A stretch of DNA of 64,000 nt from Candidatus Omnitrophota bacterium (lineage in GTDB: Bacteria; Omnitrophota; Gorgyraeia; B26-G9), in NCBI GenBank assembly GCA_043814605.1, contig JBDRJV010000007.1, forward strand, positions 67,354-131,353. The letters are read 5' to 3'. This document shows positions 1-10,318 of the stretch, in pieces (the first letter of the stretch is position 1; each line of letters opens with the position of its first letter). The position numbers and the translations under genes were made by a program. The notes under the pieces are model-generated. The model saw nothing but the letters and a program-made list of their open reading frames with translations. It did not search any database and was not told where the DNA came from.

Positions 1-11
1 GAAGAAGTTTT

Positions 12-515
12 ATGTTTAAAATCAGATTTAAATCAATAAGATTTATAATCATTTCCTTTTTTACTTTAATTTTTCAAAGCTCATTAGCGGCAATCTTTTC
101 TTTTAAGGGTATTAAGCCGGATCTGATTTTGCTGCTGGTTATTTTTTACAGCTTGTATAACGGGTATTATGCCGGGATGTACTACGGTATAATTTTAGGA
201 TTTTTAGTAGATTGTTTAAGCAGTGGAATCTTAGGGATTAATTCTTTGACTTTCGGAATAGTAGGATTAAGCTGTGGATTATTAAAAGAAAGGGTTTACA
301 CAACTGTGCTGTTGACCAAAGTTTTAGTGGCTTTTACAGCGGGCATTTACGCGATTTTAATTTACTATTTTCTCGCCAGCAATTTTTATATCTTACCGGT
401 TTTTAGGGAAAATTTTGCTTTTATATTTTTAGCTTTAATTTATACTACGTTAACCAATATTATTTTTTTCCGGTTTTTAGAAAAAATAGTTATTATCAAA
501 CAAATGACATTATAA
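12..515 (+). CDS. mreD: Rod shape-determining protein MreD
   Basis: Hydrophobic 167 aa with KPDLILL and G..G...D...S..LG motifs; directly upstream of PBP2 and RodA. Confidence 0.9.
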   Translation: MFKIRFKSIRFIIISFFTLIFQSSLAAIFSFKGIKPDLILLLVIFYSLYNGYYAGMYYGIILGFLVDCLSSGILGINSLTFGIVGLSCGLLKERVYTTVLLTKVLVAFTAGIYAILIYYFLASNFYILPVFRENFAFIFLALIYTTLTNIIFFRFLEKIVIIKQMTL

Positions 516-2212
516 TGAGAATAGCAATTCTGCGGGGATTTTTAGTAATTTTATTTATAATTTTATTCACCGATCTTTTTTTGATGCAATTAATTAAAGG
601 CCGTGAATATGCAAAACAAAGTGAAAATAACCGGATTCGTCTGGTGCCGGAGGATGCTTCCCGAGGAATTATTTATGATCGAAATAATATTGCCTTGGTT
701 GAGAATAAACTGGCTTTTGATATTGTGGCTGTACCTTATGAAATTGAATCAAAAAACAAAAAAACGCTGTTTGCCCGCCTGAGTAAGTTTTTAAATATTA
801 ACCCGGAAGTTTTAGCCGATACTTTTAGCTGTAATTATAACCAAAGCTTTTCCCCGGTTATGCTCGCGAGTGATGTTAATCGTGAAATTGCTTTTTCCAT
901 TGAGCAGAATATTACTCAGCTTGCCGGAATTTTTGTAAAAACCCGTGCGGTACGAGAGTATATTTACGGGCCGGTCTGTGCGCATATTATCGGATATATC
1001 GGGAAAATGCAAGAGGATGAATATCCGGAACTAAGGAAATATGGATATCAAATAAAAGATTTTATTGGGCGTAACGGTCTGGAAAAATCTTTTGATGCTT
1101 ACCTGCGCGGTAAACCCGGCGGTATGCAGCTGGAGGTAAATAGTGAAGGTTCAATTATTCAAGTTCTCAGTTATCGGCCGCCTGCTAAGGGTGAAGATTT
1201 ATACTTAACAATAGATGTAGAATTACAAACTTTAATTTATAATTTGCTATCCGGGACAAATTCTGCGGTTACGGTTATGAATGCCGATACGGGTGAGATT
1301 CTGGCTTTATTGAGCAGTCCTTCCTTTGATCCGAATATTCTTATTGACAAAAAAAAGTATAATCAGATCGGTGAAATTTTAAAAGATCAGAATTCGCCTT
1401 TATTAAACAGGAATCTTAATGCTTATCCACCGGGCTCAATCTTTAAAATTGTTACTGCCTATGCCGGATTAAGTAAAGGGAAAATTGATTTAACTTCTGA
1501 GTTTTTTTGTCCGGGATTTTTAAATCTCGGGAATACGACTCGGCATTGTTGGCTAAAAAAAGGGCATGGCCAAGTAAATATTACGCATGCGCTGGCCACA
1601 TCATGCAATGTATTTTTTTGGGAACTGGGTTTAAAAATCGGAGAGAAAAATTTAGCGGATAGTGCGCAAATTTTTGGCTTTAGTAAACAGACAAAAGTTG
1701 AATTGCCTTCTGAAAATACGGGTCTATTGCCTCAGGCGCGCTGGAAAATGCAGACAAAACATGAAAAGTGGTATGCCGGGGATACCTTAAATTTTTCTAT
1801 CGGACAGGGCTTTTTATTGGTGACTCCTTTGCAAACAGCCAAAATGGTCGCCATGATTGCCAACGGAGGAAAAGAAATAAAACCGCATTTGATTAAAACA
1901 ACAAATAAAGTTAACAAAAGCAAGCAGATCCTTTCTCCCAGTGCGGTGACGATTATTAAAAAAGGGATGTTTGAGGTGGTTAATTCTAGCTTTGGCACAG
2001 GCAGAAAAGCTGCATTAAGTAATATAAAAGTGTATGCTAAGACCGGGACAGCTCAAACCGGGCAGGGTGAAACTCATGCCTGGTTTGTGGGTTTTGCGCA
2101 AGCGGGTAATAAAAATATTTGCTTTGTAATTTTTTTAGAGCATGGGGGCCATGGAGGAGAAAGACCAGCGGAAATTGCCAAAGAAATTATTTTATATTTT
2201 AAAAAGGATTAG
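515..2212 (+). CDS. mrdA: Penicillin-binding protein 2
   Basis: N-terminal TM, RG.IYDRN, catalytic SxxK (PGSIFK), SCN and KTG motifs; mreD/rodA context. Confidence 0.95.
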   Translation: MRIAILRGFLVILFIILFTDLFLMQLIKGREYAKQSENNRIRLVPEDASRGIIYDRNNIALVENKLAFDIVAVPYEIESKNKKTLFARLSKFLNINPEVLADTFSCNYNQSFSPVMLASDVNREIAFSIEQNITQLAGIFVKTRAVREYIYGPVCAHIIGYIGKMQEDEYPELRKYGYQIKDFIGRNGLEKSFDAYLRGKPGGMQLEVNSEGSIIQVLSYRPPAKGEDLYLTIDVELQTLIYNLLSGTNSAVTVMNADTGEILALLSSPSFDPNILIDKKKYNQIGEILKDQNSPLLNRNLNAYPPGSIFKIVTAYAGLSKGKIDLTSEFFCPGFLNLGNTTRHCWLKKGHGQVNITHALATSCNVFFWELGLKIGEKNLADSAQIFGFSKQTKVELPSENTGLLPQARWKMQTKHEKWYAGDTLNFSIGQGFLLVTPLQTAKMVAMIANGGKEIKPHLIKTTNKVNKSKQILSPSAVTIIKKGMFEVVNSSFGTGRKAALSNIKVYAKTGTAQTGQGETHAWFVGFAQAGNKNICFVIFLEHGGHGGERPAEIAKEIILYFKKD

Positions 2213-2227
2213 TTTAAGAAAATTGAT

Positions 2228-3334
2228 GTGACTAAAATGCTAAATCAAAAGTTGTTCCATAATTATGACCGTGTTTTAATTGTTATTGTATTATGCATAA
2301 TGATTATTGGTCTAGTGGCTCTGTATAGTGCCTCTTATCAAAAACAAATTTTTACCGGAAAAAATTTTGTTTTCACCCAAATACTGTGGATATTTTTCGG
2401 AGCCGGCCTGGTTTTACTAATTGCCAATACAAATTATCATTCTTTCATCAGTGTTGCGTATATAATTTACGGGATCCAAATTTTTTTCTTATTACTTGTA
2501 TTGTCTGTGGGAAAAACTGCTTTAGGTGCGCAGCGTTGGATTAACATTGGCGGAATAGGGTTCCAGCCTTCGGAGTTTTCAAAAATTTTTACGATTATTG
2601 CCTTAGCCCGGATTATTGGGGATAATCCTAATTGTTTGAAATCGACCAGAGGCCTGCTTGGTCCCATTTTAATTACATTTATTCCCATGCTTTTAATATT
2701 TAAACAACCGGATTTAGGTACCGCAATTGTTTTTTTACCGATTTTTATGGCAATAGTTTTAATCGGCGGAATAAAGTTAAAGTATTTTATAATCGCAATG
2801 TGTTCCGGCCTTTTCAGCCTGCCTTTTTTTTGGCATTTTTTAAAAGATTATCAAAAAGACAGGCTGATGGTTTTTATTAATCCTAATGTTGATCCTTTAG
2901 GTGCTGGCTATACTATTAACCAATCAAAAATTGCGATTGGTTCCGGGGGGTTTTGGGGTAAAGGGTGGTTAGCGGGAACACAGAATCAGCTCAATTTTTT
3001 ACCAGAACGCCACACAGATTTTATTTTTTCTGTAGTTGGAGAAGAATGGGGTCTTTTGGGTGCGGCTTTAATTATTTTTTTATTTTTATTACTGGTATTA
3101 AGGGCTTTAAAAATTGCGGAGTCAACAAATGAAGTCAGTGGTAAATTAATTGCGGTAGGAATAACGACAATGCTGGCTTTGCATGTTATAATAAATATCG
3201 GCATGACGCTTGGGCTAATGCCGATTGTGGGAATGCCGCTGCCCTTTATCAGCTACGGGGGTTCGGCAATAATTTCCAATTTGATTGCAATTGGATTTTT
3301 ATTAAGTATTTATCGGCATCGAGCTATTTTTTAA
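2228..3334 (+). CDS. rodA: SEDS peptidoglycan polymerase RodA
   Basis: GAQRWI, FQPSEFSK, QPDLGT, LPERHTDFIF and PFISYGGS motifs. Confidence 0.95.
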   Translation: MTKMLNQKLFHNYDRVLIVIVLCIMIIGLVALYSASYQKQIFTGKNFVFTQILWIFFGAGLVLLIANTNYHSFISVAYIIYGIQIFFLLLVLSVGKTALGAQRWINIGGIGFQPSEFSKIFTIIALARIIGDNPNCLKSTRGLLGPILITFIPMLLIFKQPDLGTAIVFLPIFMAIVLIGGIKLKYFIIAMCSGLFSLPFFWHFLKDYQKDRLMVFINPNVDPLGAGYTINQSKIAIGSGGFWGKGWLAGTQNQLNFLPERHTDFIFSVVGEEWGLLGAALIIFLFLLLVLRALKIAESTNEVSGKLIAVGITTMLALHVIINIGMTLGLMPIVGMPLPFISYGGSAIISNLIAIGFLLSIYRHRAIF

Positions 3335-3378
3335 ATATAAAATTTAACCTAAAAAATTATAAAGATAGGGAGGTAATA

Positions 3379-5838
3379 ATGTCTGGTGAATTAAAAAAAT
3401 GGCAGACTCCGGATAAAGGGTCTAGTGAAGAAAAAGGCATCATTAAAATATTAAAAGCTTTTTCTTCTTGTTTAAGAAAAATACCGTTATATCCCGCAAC
3501 GCACCCGATGGTTAAAGATTCAATTTTAGAATTATTTTTAAGTTTGGATGCGTTTTTAAAAAATTACGGAGATTTTAAATTAGAAGTACTCGGCGGTGAT
3601 ATTTTGATTTGTGAGGAGCGGTTGAATGACTTGCAATCTACAGCCCGGGATTTAATTTCTGATTTAAAAAAAATATACGTGGAGGGAATCACAGTATCCG
3701 GGGGGCTGACAGATGTAGAATTGGAAAATTTTTTAAAAATTCTGGCTTTAAAACCAGAAATTATGAAAGAAAAAGGCGGCATGAATTTTTTGATTAATGC
3801 GGCACAAATTAAAAATATTAATTTAATTGAAGTGCACTATGCCCGGATTAAAGAAGGGGAAGAAGTTACGGAAAAAGGCCAAGACAGCGGGGTGGGTTCA
3901 GGATCAGAGGAAGGAACAGGAGCAGGTGCTGTGGAGAAAGGTAAGGAAAAAGATATTGTCGGCATGGTCAGTGAATTCTTAAGTGGCAGCTCAGAAGAAG
4001 TTCCGGATAAAGAAGCAATTAAGTATGAATTTAAAAAGCATTCCCGCACTATTGTAAAGCAATTACTAAAATTAGTGGGGCCGGAAAAAGCAGTGGAGGA
4101 GGTTTTAAACATCATTGAAGAACGTTTTGATAAAGCGGGTTTTAGTGAAGAGGAGAAAAAGATTTATGTTCAAAAAGTAAAAGAACATACTTTGACAATA
4201 AAGGCACCTAAAGTTTCTAAAAAAGATATGGAAAAACAATTAGCCGAGCTAATGCAGGAAAATAAAAAGCTTAAATCTCAAATGAAGAGCTCCGGAGCAG
4301 GTGTTAGTGTACAAAACCCGGGGGCGGAGGTGATGGCCGAGAGTACCGATTCGATGAAAAAGAAGGTTCCTGAAAAAGATATTGTGGGTATGGTCAGTGA
4401 TTTTTTTTCGGGTGATTTAGATAAAATGCCGGATAAAGAAACAATTCAGTATGAGTTTAGAAAAAACGCCCCAAAAGTTGTAAAGCAGTTATTAAAATTA
4501 ATCGGGCCGGAAAAGGCAGTGGATGAGGTTTTGCATATTATTGAGGAGAGATTTGATAAAGCGGGGTTTAGTATAGAAGAAAAAGAGGCATATGTATCTC
4601 AGATTAAAGAACACACAATTAGAATCAATGCTCCCATGGTGCTGCAGGCGGAATTAGAAGGAAAGATAACTGTTTTAGAACAGGAAAACAGGGAGTTAAA
4701 AAATAATTTAAAAGATTTAGAATCAACCACCCGTCACGCAGCCGAAACGACCCAGGTTTTAGAGCAGGAAAATAAAAAAATTAAAAAAGAAAAACAAAGG
4801 ATAAATTCTGTATTAAGACATGTTGCCGAAGGGTTGGTGATTGTGGACAATGAAGGAAAAGTTCTTGTTTTAAACCCCGCAGCAGAAGATTTACTGGAAG
4901 TGGACAAAGAGGATAAAATTGGTAAACATATTTTAGAAGGATTAAAAGATAGCCAAATGGTTAGCATGTCTCGCGATAAACAGCAAGAAATAGAAATTGA
5001 ATTAGCCGGCCCCGATGATAAGACCAAGAAAACTTTAAGGGCCTCTAATGCGGTGATTGAAAATGAAGAAGGTGAAACAGTAGGAATTGTTTCTGTTCTG
5101 AGTGATATTACCAAAGAAAAAGAATTAGACCGCATGAAAAGCACATTTGTTTCGAATGTAACACATGATTTAAGAGCGCCTTTAATTTCAATTCAAAAGA
5201 GCTTATCCATAATTTTAGAAGAAGCGAAAAATAATATCCCCGCAGAGCAAAGGCAGTTTCTTGAAATTGCCAGCAATAATGCAGCCAGATTAACCACTAT
5301 GGTTAATGATTTATTAGATATCAGTAAACTTGAGTCCGGACACATGAAGCCAAGTTATACGCATGGAAAAATTGATGATGTGATCCAGGGAGTTTTTAAT
5401 ATGCTCGGAGCTTGGGCTGGAGGCAGAAATATTGAGCTTAAAAAAGAAGGGGTTGATTCTCTGGAAATAGATGCTGATATGAAAATGCTGGAGCAAGCTT
5501 TGTCAAATTTAGTGGGGAATGCGATTAAATTTACTCCGGATAAAGGCTGTGTCAGTGTTTGTGTGGAGGATCAAGGGCAAACACTAAAAATTAGTGTTAA
5601 GGATACAGGTTGCGGTATTCCGGAAGATAGTTTAACGCGAATTTTTGATAAATTTGAACAAGCGAAAACTGTGCCTGCCGCCGGCGGGACAAAAGGTACC
5701 GGCTTGGGGCTGGCGATTGTAAAAGATATTATTGAATTACACAGCGGACATATTTGGGTTGAAAGCGAAATTGGCCGGGGTAGTTGCTTCATTTTTACAA
5801 TGCCTAAAGAAAAAGAGGTTCTGGATATCCGTGATTAA
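3379..5838 (+). CDS. Cytoplasmic PAS sensor histidine kinase with LYPxxHP-type N-terminal domain and a duplicated internal domain
   Basis: H-box THDLRAPL, N-box NLVGNAIKF, DTGCGI and GTGLGL; PAS (EGLVIVDNEGKVLVLNPAAE); no TM segment. Confidence 0.9.
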   Translation: MSGELKKWQTPDKGSSEEKGIIKILKAFSSCLRKIPLYPATHPMVKDSILELFLSLDAFLKNYGDFKLEVLGGDILICEERLNDLQSTARDLISDLKKIYVEGITVSGGLTDVELENFLKILALKPEIMKEKGGMNFLINAAQIKNINLIEVHYARIKEGEEVTEKGQDSGVGSGSEEGTGAGAVEKGKEKDIVGMVSEFLSGSSEEVPDKEAIKYEFKKHSRTIVKQLLKLVGPEKAVEEVLNIIEERFDKAGFSEEEKKIYVQKVKEHTLTIKAPKVSKKDMEKQLAELMQENKKLKSQMKSSGAGVSVQNPGAEVMAESTDSMKKKVPEKDIVGMVSDFFSGDLDKMPDKETIQYEFRKNAPKVVKQLLKLIGPEKAVDEVLHIIEERFDKAGFSIEEKEAYVSQIKEHTIRINAPMVLQAELEGKITVLEQENRELKNNLKDLESTTRHAAETTQVLEQENKKIKKEKQRINSVLRHVAEGLVIVDNEGKVLVLNPAAEDLLEVDKEDKIGKHILEGLKDSQMVSMSRDKQQEIEIELAGPDDKTKKTLRASNAVIENEEGETVGIVSVLSDITKEKELDRMKSTFVSNVTHDLRAPLISIQKSLSIILEEAKNNIPAEQRQFLEIASNNAARLTTMVNDLLDISKLESGHMKPSYTHGKIDDVIQGVFNMLGAWAGGRNIELKKEGVDSLEIDADMKMLEQALSNLVGNAIKFTPDKGCVSVCVEDQGQTLKISVKDTGCGIPEDSLTRIFDKFEQAKTVPAAGGTKGTGLGLAIVKDIIELHSGHIWVESEIGRGSCFIFTMPKEKEVLDIRD
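3946..4713 (+). repeat. Two in-frame copies of a ~114 aa module within the kinase (period 426 nt)
   Basis: EKDIVGMVS...KQLLKL.GPEKAV.EVL.IIEERFDKAGFS.EEK..Y...KEHT starts at 3946 and again at 4372. Confidence 0.9.
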
Positions 5839-7630
5839 GGATCAAAATTTTAATACACCGGTTGAGCTTGATGAAATATTATTAAATGTCAGAAAACCTG
5901 CACGTTATATAGGGCAAGAATATAATGCGGTTTATAAAAAACTGAGTTACAAAAATATTAATTTTGCCCTATGCTTTCCGGATAGTTATGAAATTGGTAT
6001 GAGCCATCTGGGTTTAAAAATTCTTTATAATATTTTGAATAAGCAAGAAGATGTTTATGCGCAGCGTTGTTTTTCGCCCTGGCCGGATATGCAGTTGCAA
6101 ATGCAAAAGCAGAACATTAAATTGTTTAGTTTAGAAACACAAACCCCTTTAAATTATTTTGATATAATCGGTTTTTCCCTGCAATATGAACTCGGGTTTA
6201 CCAATGTTTTAGGAATGCTGGATTTAGCGGGTATGGCTTTACACAGCGAGCAAAGAAAAACAGGCCCCTTGGTAATTGCCGGCGGGCCTTGCTGTTTAAA
6301 TCCGGAACCGATGTATAAGTTTATTGATGCTTTTTTTATCGGAGAATCGGAAGAATTGATATTGGAGTTCTTGAATGTATATCGGCAATTCAAAAAAAAA
6401 TTTCTAAATTTTGATAAAAATAATCAGGATGAATTAACCGCACTTAAAATTGAACTTCTGGAACGCATTGCCAGAATCGAAGGTATTTATGTCCCGCGTT
6501 TTTATACGCAGGATTTTAATCATTCATTGGATTTGATCCCGCAAAAATCTTATCTGCCGAAAAAAATTAAAAGAAGGTTTGTCTCGGATCTAAATAATGC
6601 TGAGTATTTTGAAGCGCCTTGCGTCCCTTATGTTGACATTGTGCATGATCGAATCAGTTTAGAAATTATGCGGGGTTGTCCTAACCGTTGTTATTTTTGC
6701 CAGGCAGGATTTACGATTAATCCCCTGCGTATGCGTAGTGTGGAGAACTTAATATCTATGGCCCGTAAAATATATGCAAATACAGGTTATGATAATATAT
6801 CTTTTTGTTCTCTTTCCAGTGCGAATTATCCTCAGCTTAAAAAATTAATTTTAAAAGTGCATGATTTTTTTAAAGAAAAAGGACTGGGGATTTCTTTGCC
6901 TTCATTACGTGTAGATAAAGAATTTTTGAGTGTAATTTCTTTGATTTCTGATCTTAAAAAAACCGGTCTAACGTTTGCCCCTGAGGCAGGCAGTGGGCGT
7001 TTGCGTAAATTGATTAATAAAAATTTAGATATGGAAAAACTTAGCGAAACAATTTTAACTGCCTATCAAACGGGTTGGCGCAGGTTAAAATTATATTTTA
7101 TGATCGGCTTGCCGACTGAGACAGAAACTGATCTTTTAGGAATTGTCCAGATGATTAATGAATATTCAGAATTAAAAAAACAAGTAGATGGCCGGCCGGC
7201 TCGCGTAAGCGTAGGGATTTCTAATTTTATTCCTAAAGCCCATACCCCATTTCAATGGCTGGGGATGGAAAGAAGAGATCAATTAGGAGTTAAACAAAAA
7301 TTTTTACGCGATCGTTTACTAAAAAGAATATTAGATGTGGATTTCCATGATATAGATATGAGTTTTATTGAGGCATGTTTAGCACGGGGCGATAGGAGCA
7401 TGGCTGCGGTAATTGAAAAAGCTTATTTTCTGGGAGCCAGATTTGATGCCTGGACAAATTTTTTTAATTATAATATATGGCAGGAGGCGTTTGAGAAAAC
7501 CGGGTTAAAGGCAGAGCATTATGTGAATGAAGGCTATGCGCTGGATTGTGTTTTACCTTGGGATCATATTGATTGTTTGATTAAAAAAAATGAACTTAAA
7601 CAATATTACACTAATATTAGCACAGTTTAA
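5831..7630 (+). CDS. B12-binding radical SAM protein (TIGR03960-like)
   Basis: KPARYIGQE, FPDSYEIGMSHLG, CxxxCxxC (CPNRCYFC), TFAPEAG, LPWDHI; GTG start at 5831 preferred over the ORF-track start at 5732. Confidence 0.88.
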   Translation: MIKDQNFNTPVELDEILLNVRKPARYIGQEYNAVYKKLSYKNINFALCFPDSYEIGMSHLGLKILYNILNKQEDVYAQRCFSPWPDMQLQMQKQNIKLFSLETQTPLNYFDIIGFSLQYELGFTNVLGMLDLAGMALHSEQRKTGPLVIAGGPCCLNPEPMYKFIDAFFIGESEELILEFLNVYRQFKKKFLNFDKNNQDELTALKIELLERIARIEGIYVPRFYTQDFNHSLDLIPQKSYLPKKIKRRFVSDLNNAEYFEAPCVPYVDIVHDRISLEIMRGCPNRCYFCQAGFTINPLRMRSVENLISMARKIYANTGYDNISFCSLSSANYPQLKKLILKVHDFFKEKGLGISLPSLRVDKEFLSVISLISDLKKTGLTFAPEAGSGRLRKLINKNLDMEKLSETILTAYQTGWRRLKLYFMIGLPTETETDLLGIVQMINEYSELKKQVDGRPARVSVGISNFIPKAHTPFQWLGMERRDQLGVKQKFLRDRLLKRILDVDFHDIDMSFIEACLARGDRSMAAVIEKAYFLGARFDAWTNFFNYNIWQEAFEKTGLKAEHYVNEGYALDCVLPWDHIDCLIKKNELKQYYTNISTV

Positions 7631-7665
7631 ACGCGTATGATTATCCGGTAACCTGTTTTAACTGA

Positions 7666-7694
7666 TTGACTTAATTTTAGTTATATGATATAGT
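7666..7694 (+). promoter_or_regulatory. sigma70 promoter of the pilT/pilB operon
   Basis: TTGACT-17 nt-TATAGT with extended TGn. Confidence 0.65.
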
Positions 7695-7728
7695 TTTTTC
7701 AACATATCAATTAAAAGGAATTAATAAT

Positions 7729-8802
7729 ATGCCGCTAAAATTGAATAATTTATTGAAAATCATGCTCGATAGAGGGGCTTCTGATTTACATATCCATGCT
7801 TATGCTATTCCGCAAATCCGAATAAACTCACAGCTTGTTGCGCTGGATTATCCAGAGTTTACTCCGGAGCAAAGCAAAGATATTGTTTATCCGTACTTAG
7901 CAGAAGATGAAATTAAAGATTTTGAAAAGGATAAAGAACTAGATACTTCCTTTAGCGATGCCGAACTTTCGGCACGCTTTAGAATGAATGTTTTTTATCA
8001 TAAAGGTGGGGTTTGTGCGGCAATCCGGGCAATCCCAAAAAAAATTCCTGATTTTAGTGAATTAGGGTTGCCGGAGCAGCAAATGGTTCAGATTTGCCGC
8101 AGTAAAAGAGGACTGGTCTTAATGACCGGAGCCACAGGCTCAGGTAAGTCCACAACTTTAGCGTCAATAATCAACCGCATAAATGCAGAGCGTAATTGCC
8201 ATATAATTACGGTTGAAGATCCTGTGGAATTTATTTATACTAATAATAAAAGTATTATTACGCAGCGGGAAATTGGCAAAGATACAAATTCTTTTTCCGG
8301 GGCTTTAAAATATATTCTCCGGCAGGACCCGGATGTGATTTTAATTGGAGAGATGAGAGATTTAGAAACAGTGCAAGCGGCAATGAATATGGCGGAAACC
8401 GGGCATTTAGTTTTTGCCACGCTGCATACATCTGATTGTGTTCAAACGATCAACAGAATTATTGATATGTTTCCCTATCAATCACAATCTCAAGCCCGGA
8501 CACAATTATCCTATGTTTTATTATCAACTATTTCGCAGCAGCTTTTAGCTAAATCGGATAATTCCGGTTTATGTTTAGCCAGTGAATTAATGATTGCGAC
8601 TTTCGGGGTACGGGCAATGATTCGGGAAGAAAAGGTACATCAGATATTTTCTCTGATTCAAACCGGATTGAAAGAAGGGATGTATACAATGAATCATTCG
8701 CTTTATGAATTATACAAAAAGGGGTTAATTACTTATCAGGAGGCATCCGCCCACATAACTGATACTCAGGATTTCAAGAGATTTTTTCAAGGTCCAAGAT
8801 AA
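7729..8802 (+). CDS. pilT: Type IV pilus retraction ATPase PilT (copy 1)
   Basis: ASDLH, Walker A GATGSGKS, EDPVE, LRQDPDVILIGEMRD, TGHLVFATLH; AIRNLIRE-like GVRAMIRE. Confidence 0.92.
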   Translation: MPLKLNNLLKIMLDRGASDLHIHAYAIPQIRINSQLVALDYPEFTPEQSKDIVYPYLAEDEIKDFEKDKELDTSFSDAELSARFRMNVFYHKGGVCAAIRAIPKKIPDFSELGLPEQQMVQICRSKRGLVLMTGATGSGKSTTLASIINRINAERNCHIITVEDPVEFIYTNNKSIITQREIGKDTNSFSGALKYILRQDPDVILIGEMRDLETVQAAMNMAETGHLVFATLHTSDCVQTINRIIDMFPYQSQSQARTQLSYVLLSTISQQLLAKSDNSGLCLASELMIATFGVRAMIREEKVHQIFSLIQTGLKEGMYTMNHSLYELYKKGLITYQEASAHITDTQDFKRFFQGPR

Positions 8803-8823
8803 TTTTTTTAAGGATGGTGAAGT

Positions 8824-9231
8824 ATGGAAGAAAAAATTAAAGTATTACTCGTTGATGACGAAGTAGATTTTATTAATATGATGCAGTATTGGCTTAAAAG
8901 TAAGGGGTTTGAAGCAGACTGTCTTTATCAAGGAGATAGCGTAATTGAACAATTAAAGGCAAAAAGCTACAGTATTATGTTTCTGGATTTAAACCTTCCG
9001 GGTTTAAGCGGTATTGAAATATTAACGCGATTAAGGGAGTTTGATAAAACTTTTCCCGTAATAATTTTTAGTGCATTTGGGACAAAAGAAAACTTAAAAC
9101 AAGCTACAAGTTTAGGGATTTCCGGGTTTTTTGCTAAAGAAAGAGGGTTTGAAGAAGCCGCCAGATTAATTCAAACAGCATTAAGAACCCATAAAGGGTT
9201 AACCCATCCAAAAGAAAAAGGGGATAAATAA
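8824..9231 (+). CDS. Single-domain response regulator (receiver)
   Basis: VLLVDDE, phospho-acceptor D in FLDLNLPG, S/A and K motifs; no output domain. Confidence 0.9.
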   Translation: MEEKIKVLLVDDEVDFINMMQYWLKSKGFEADCLYQGDSVIEQLKAKSYSIMFLDLNLPGLSGIEILTRLREFDKTFPVIIFSAFGTKENLKQATSLGISGFFAKERGFEEAARLIQTALRTHKGLTHPKEKGDK

Positions 9232-9232
9232 A

Positions 9233-10297
9233 ATGGCTTTAGAAATGTCAAAATTATTAAAGAATTTAACGGAACGCAGTGGTTCAGATTTACATCTAGG
9301 CGTAAATACTCCGCCGCATTTTCGTATACATGAGAAAATGATTCCGCTGGATTCAAAGGCTTTATCCGCGGCAGAAGTGCGTGATTTAGTTTACAGTATT
9401 TTAAACCCCAGGGATATCGAAAAGTTTGAAAAAGAAAAGGAACTGGACCGATCTTTTGAAATTGAAGGGATGAGCCGGTTTCGTTTAAACGTTTTTTTTC
9501 AAAGAGGATATATCGGATGTGCAATTAGGGTGATCCCGTTTAAAATTCTTACGTTTTCAGAATGCGGTTTGCCGGAGAAAACAATAATTAATTTAGTCAG
9601 AAAGCCCAAAGGTTTAGTTTTGGTAACCGGCGCTACCGGTTCTGGTAAGTCAACAACTTTAGCTTCAATTATTGATCAGATCAATGAAGAAAGGGATTGT
9701 CATATTGTTACTGTGGAAGATCCGATTGAGTTTGTACACAAAAATAAGCAAGCGGTTATTGATCAAAGGGAAGTTGGGCAGGATACGCTCAGTTTTGCTA
9801 ATGCACTAAAGCATGTTTTGCGCCAGGATCCAGACGTCATCTTAGTTGGGGAAATGCGGGATTTAGAAACAATTGAGGCCGCTTTGACCATTGCCGAAAC
9901 CGGTCATCTTGTCTTTGCTACGCTGCATACTTCAGATTCCGTGCAAACAGTAAATAGAATTATTGATGTTTTTCCTTCGCATCAGCAGCAGCAAGTTAGA
10001 ACTCAGCTGTCTTTTGTGCTGCAGGGGATTATTTCTCAGCAATTAATTCCTAAAGTCGGCGGAACCGGCCGGGTATTAGCTTCAGAAATTATGGTTTCAA
10101 CCGCAGCGGTAAAAAGTATGGTGCGAGAGCAGAAAGTGCATCAGATATATTCTCTGATTCAATCCGGGCAAAAAGACGGAATGAGAACAATGAATCAATC
10201 AATATATGAATTATATGCAGAAAAACTAATCACTTATGAAAGTGCAATTGCGCGGTCAACAGATCCGGAAGATTTAATGCGCTTGTTAAAAAGATAA
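9233..10297 (+). CDS. pilT: Type IV pilus retraction ATPase PilT (copy 2)
   Basis: GSDLH, GATGSGKS, EDPIE, LRQDPDVILVGEMRD, TGHLVFATLH. Confidence 0.92.
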   Translation: MALEMSKLLKNLTERSGSDLHLGVNTPPHFRIHEKMIPLDSKALSAAEVRDLVYSILNPRDIEKFEKEKELDRSFEIEGMSRFRLNVFFQRGYIGCAIRVIPFKILTFSECGLPEKTIINLVRKPKGLVLVTGATGSGKSTTLASIIDQINEERDCHIVTVEDPIEFVHKNKQAVIDQREVGQDTLSFANALKHVLRQDPDVILVGEMRDLETIEAALTIAETGHLVFATLHTSDSVQTVNRIIDVFPSHQQQQVRTQLSFVLQGIISQQLIPKVGGTGRVLASEIMVSTAAVKSMVREQKVHQIYSLIQSGQKDGMRTMNQSIYELYAEKLITYESAIARSTDPEDLMRLLKR

Positions 10298-10318
10298 TTA
10301 AGAGAAAATATTATAGCC

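Noticed and set aside
5732-5830. N-terminal extension of the radical SAM ORF
   Set aside because: Overlaps the kinase C-terminus by ~100 nt; family similarity begins only after the GTG at 5831
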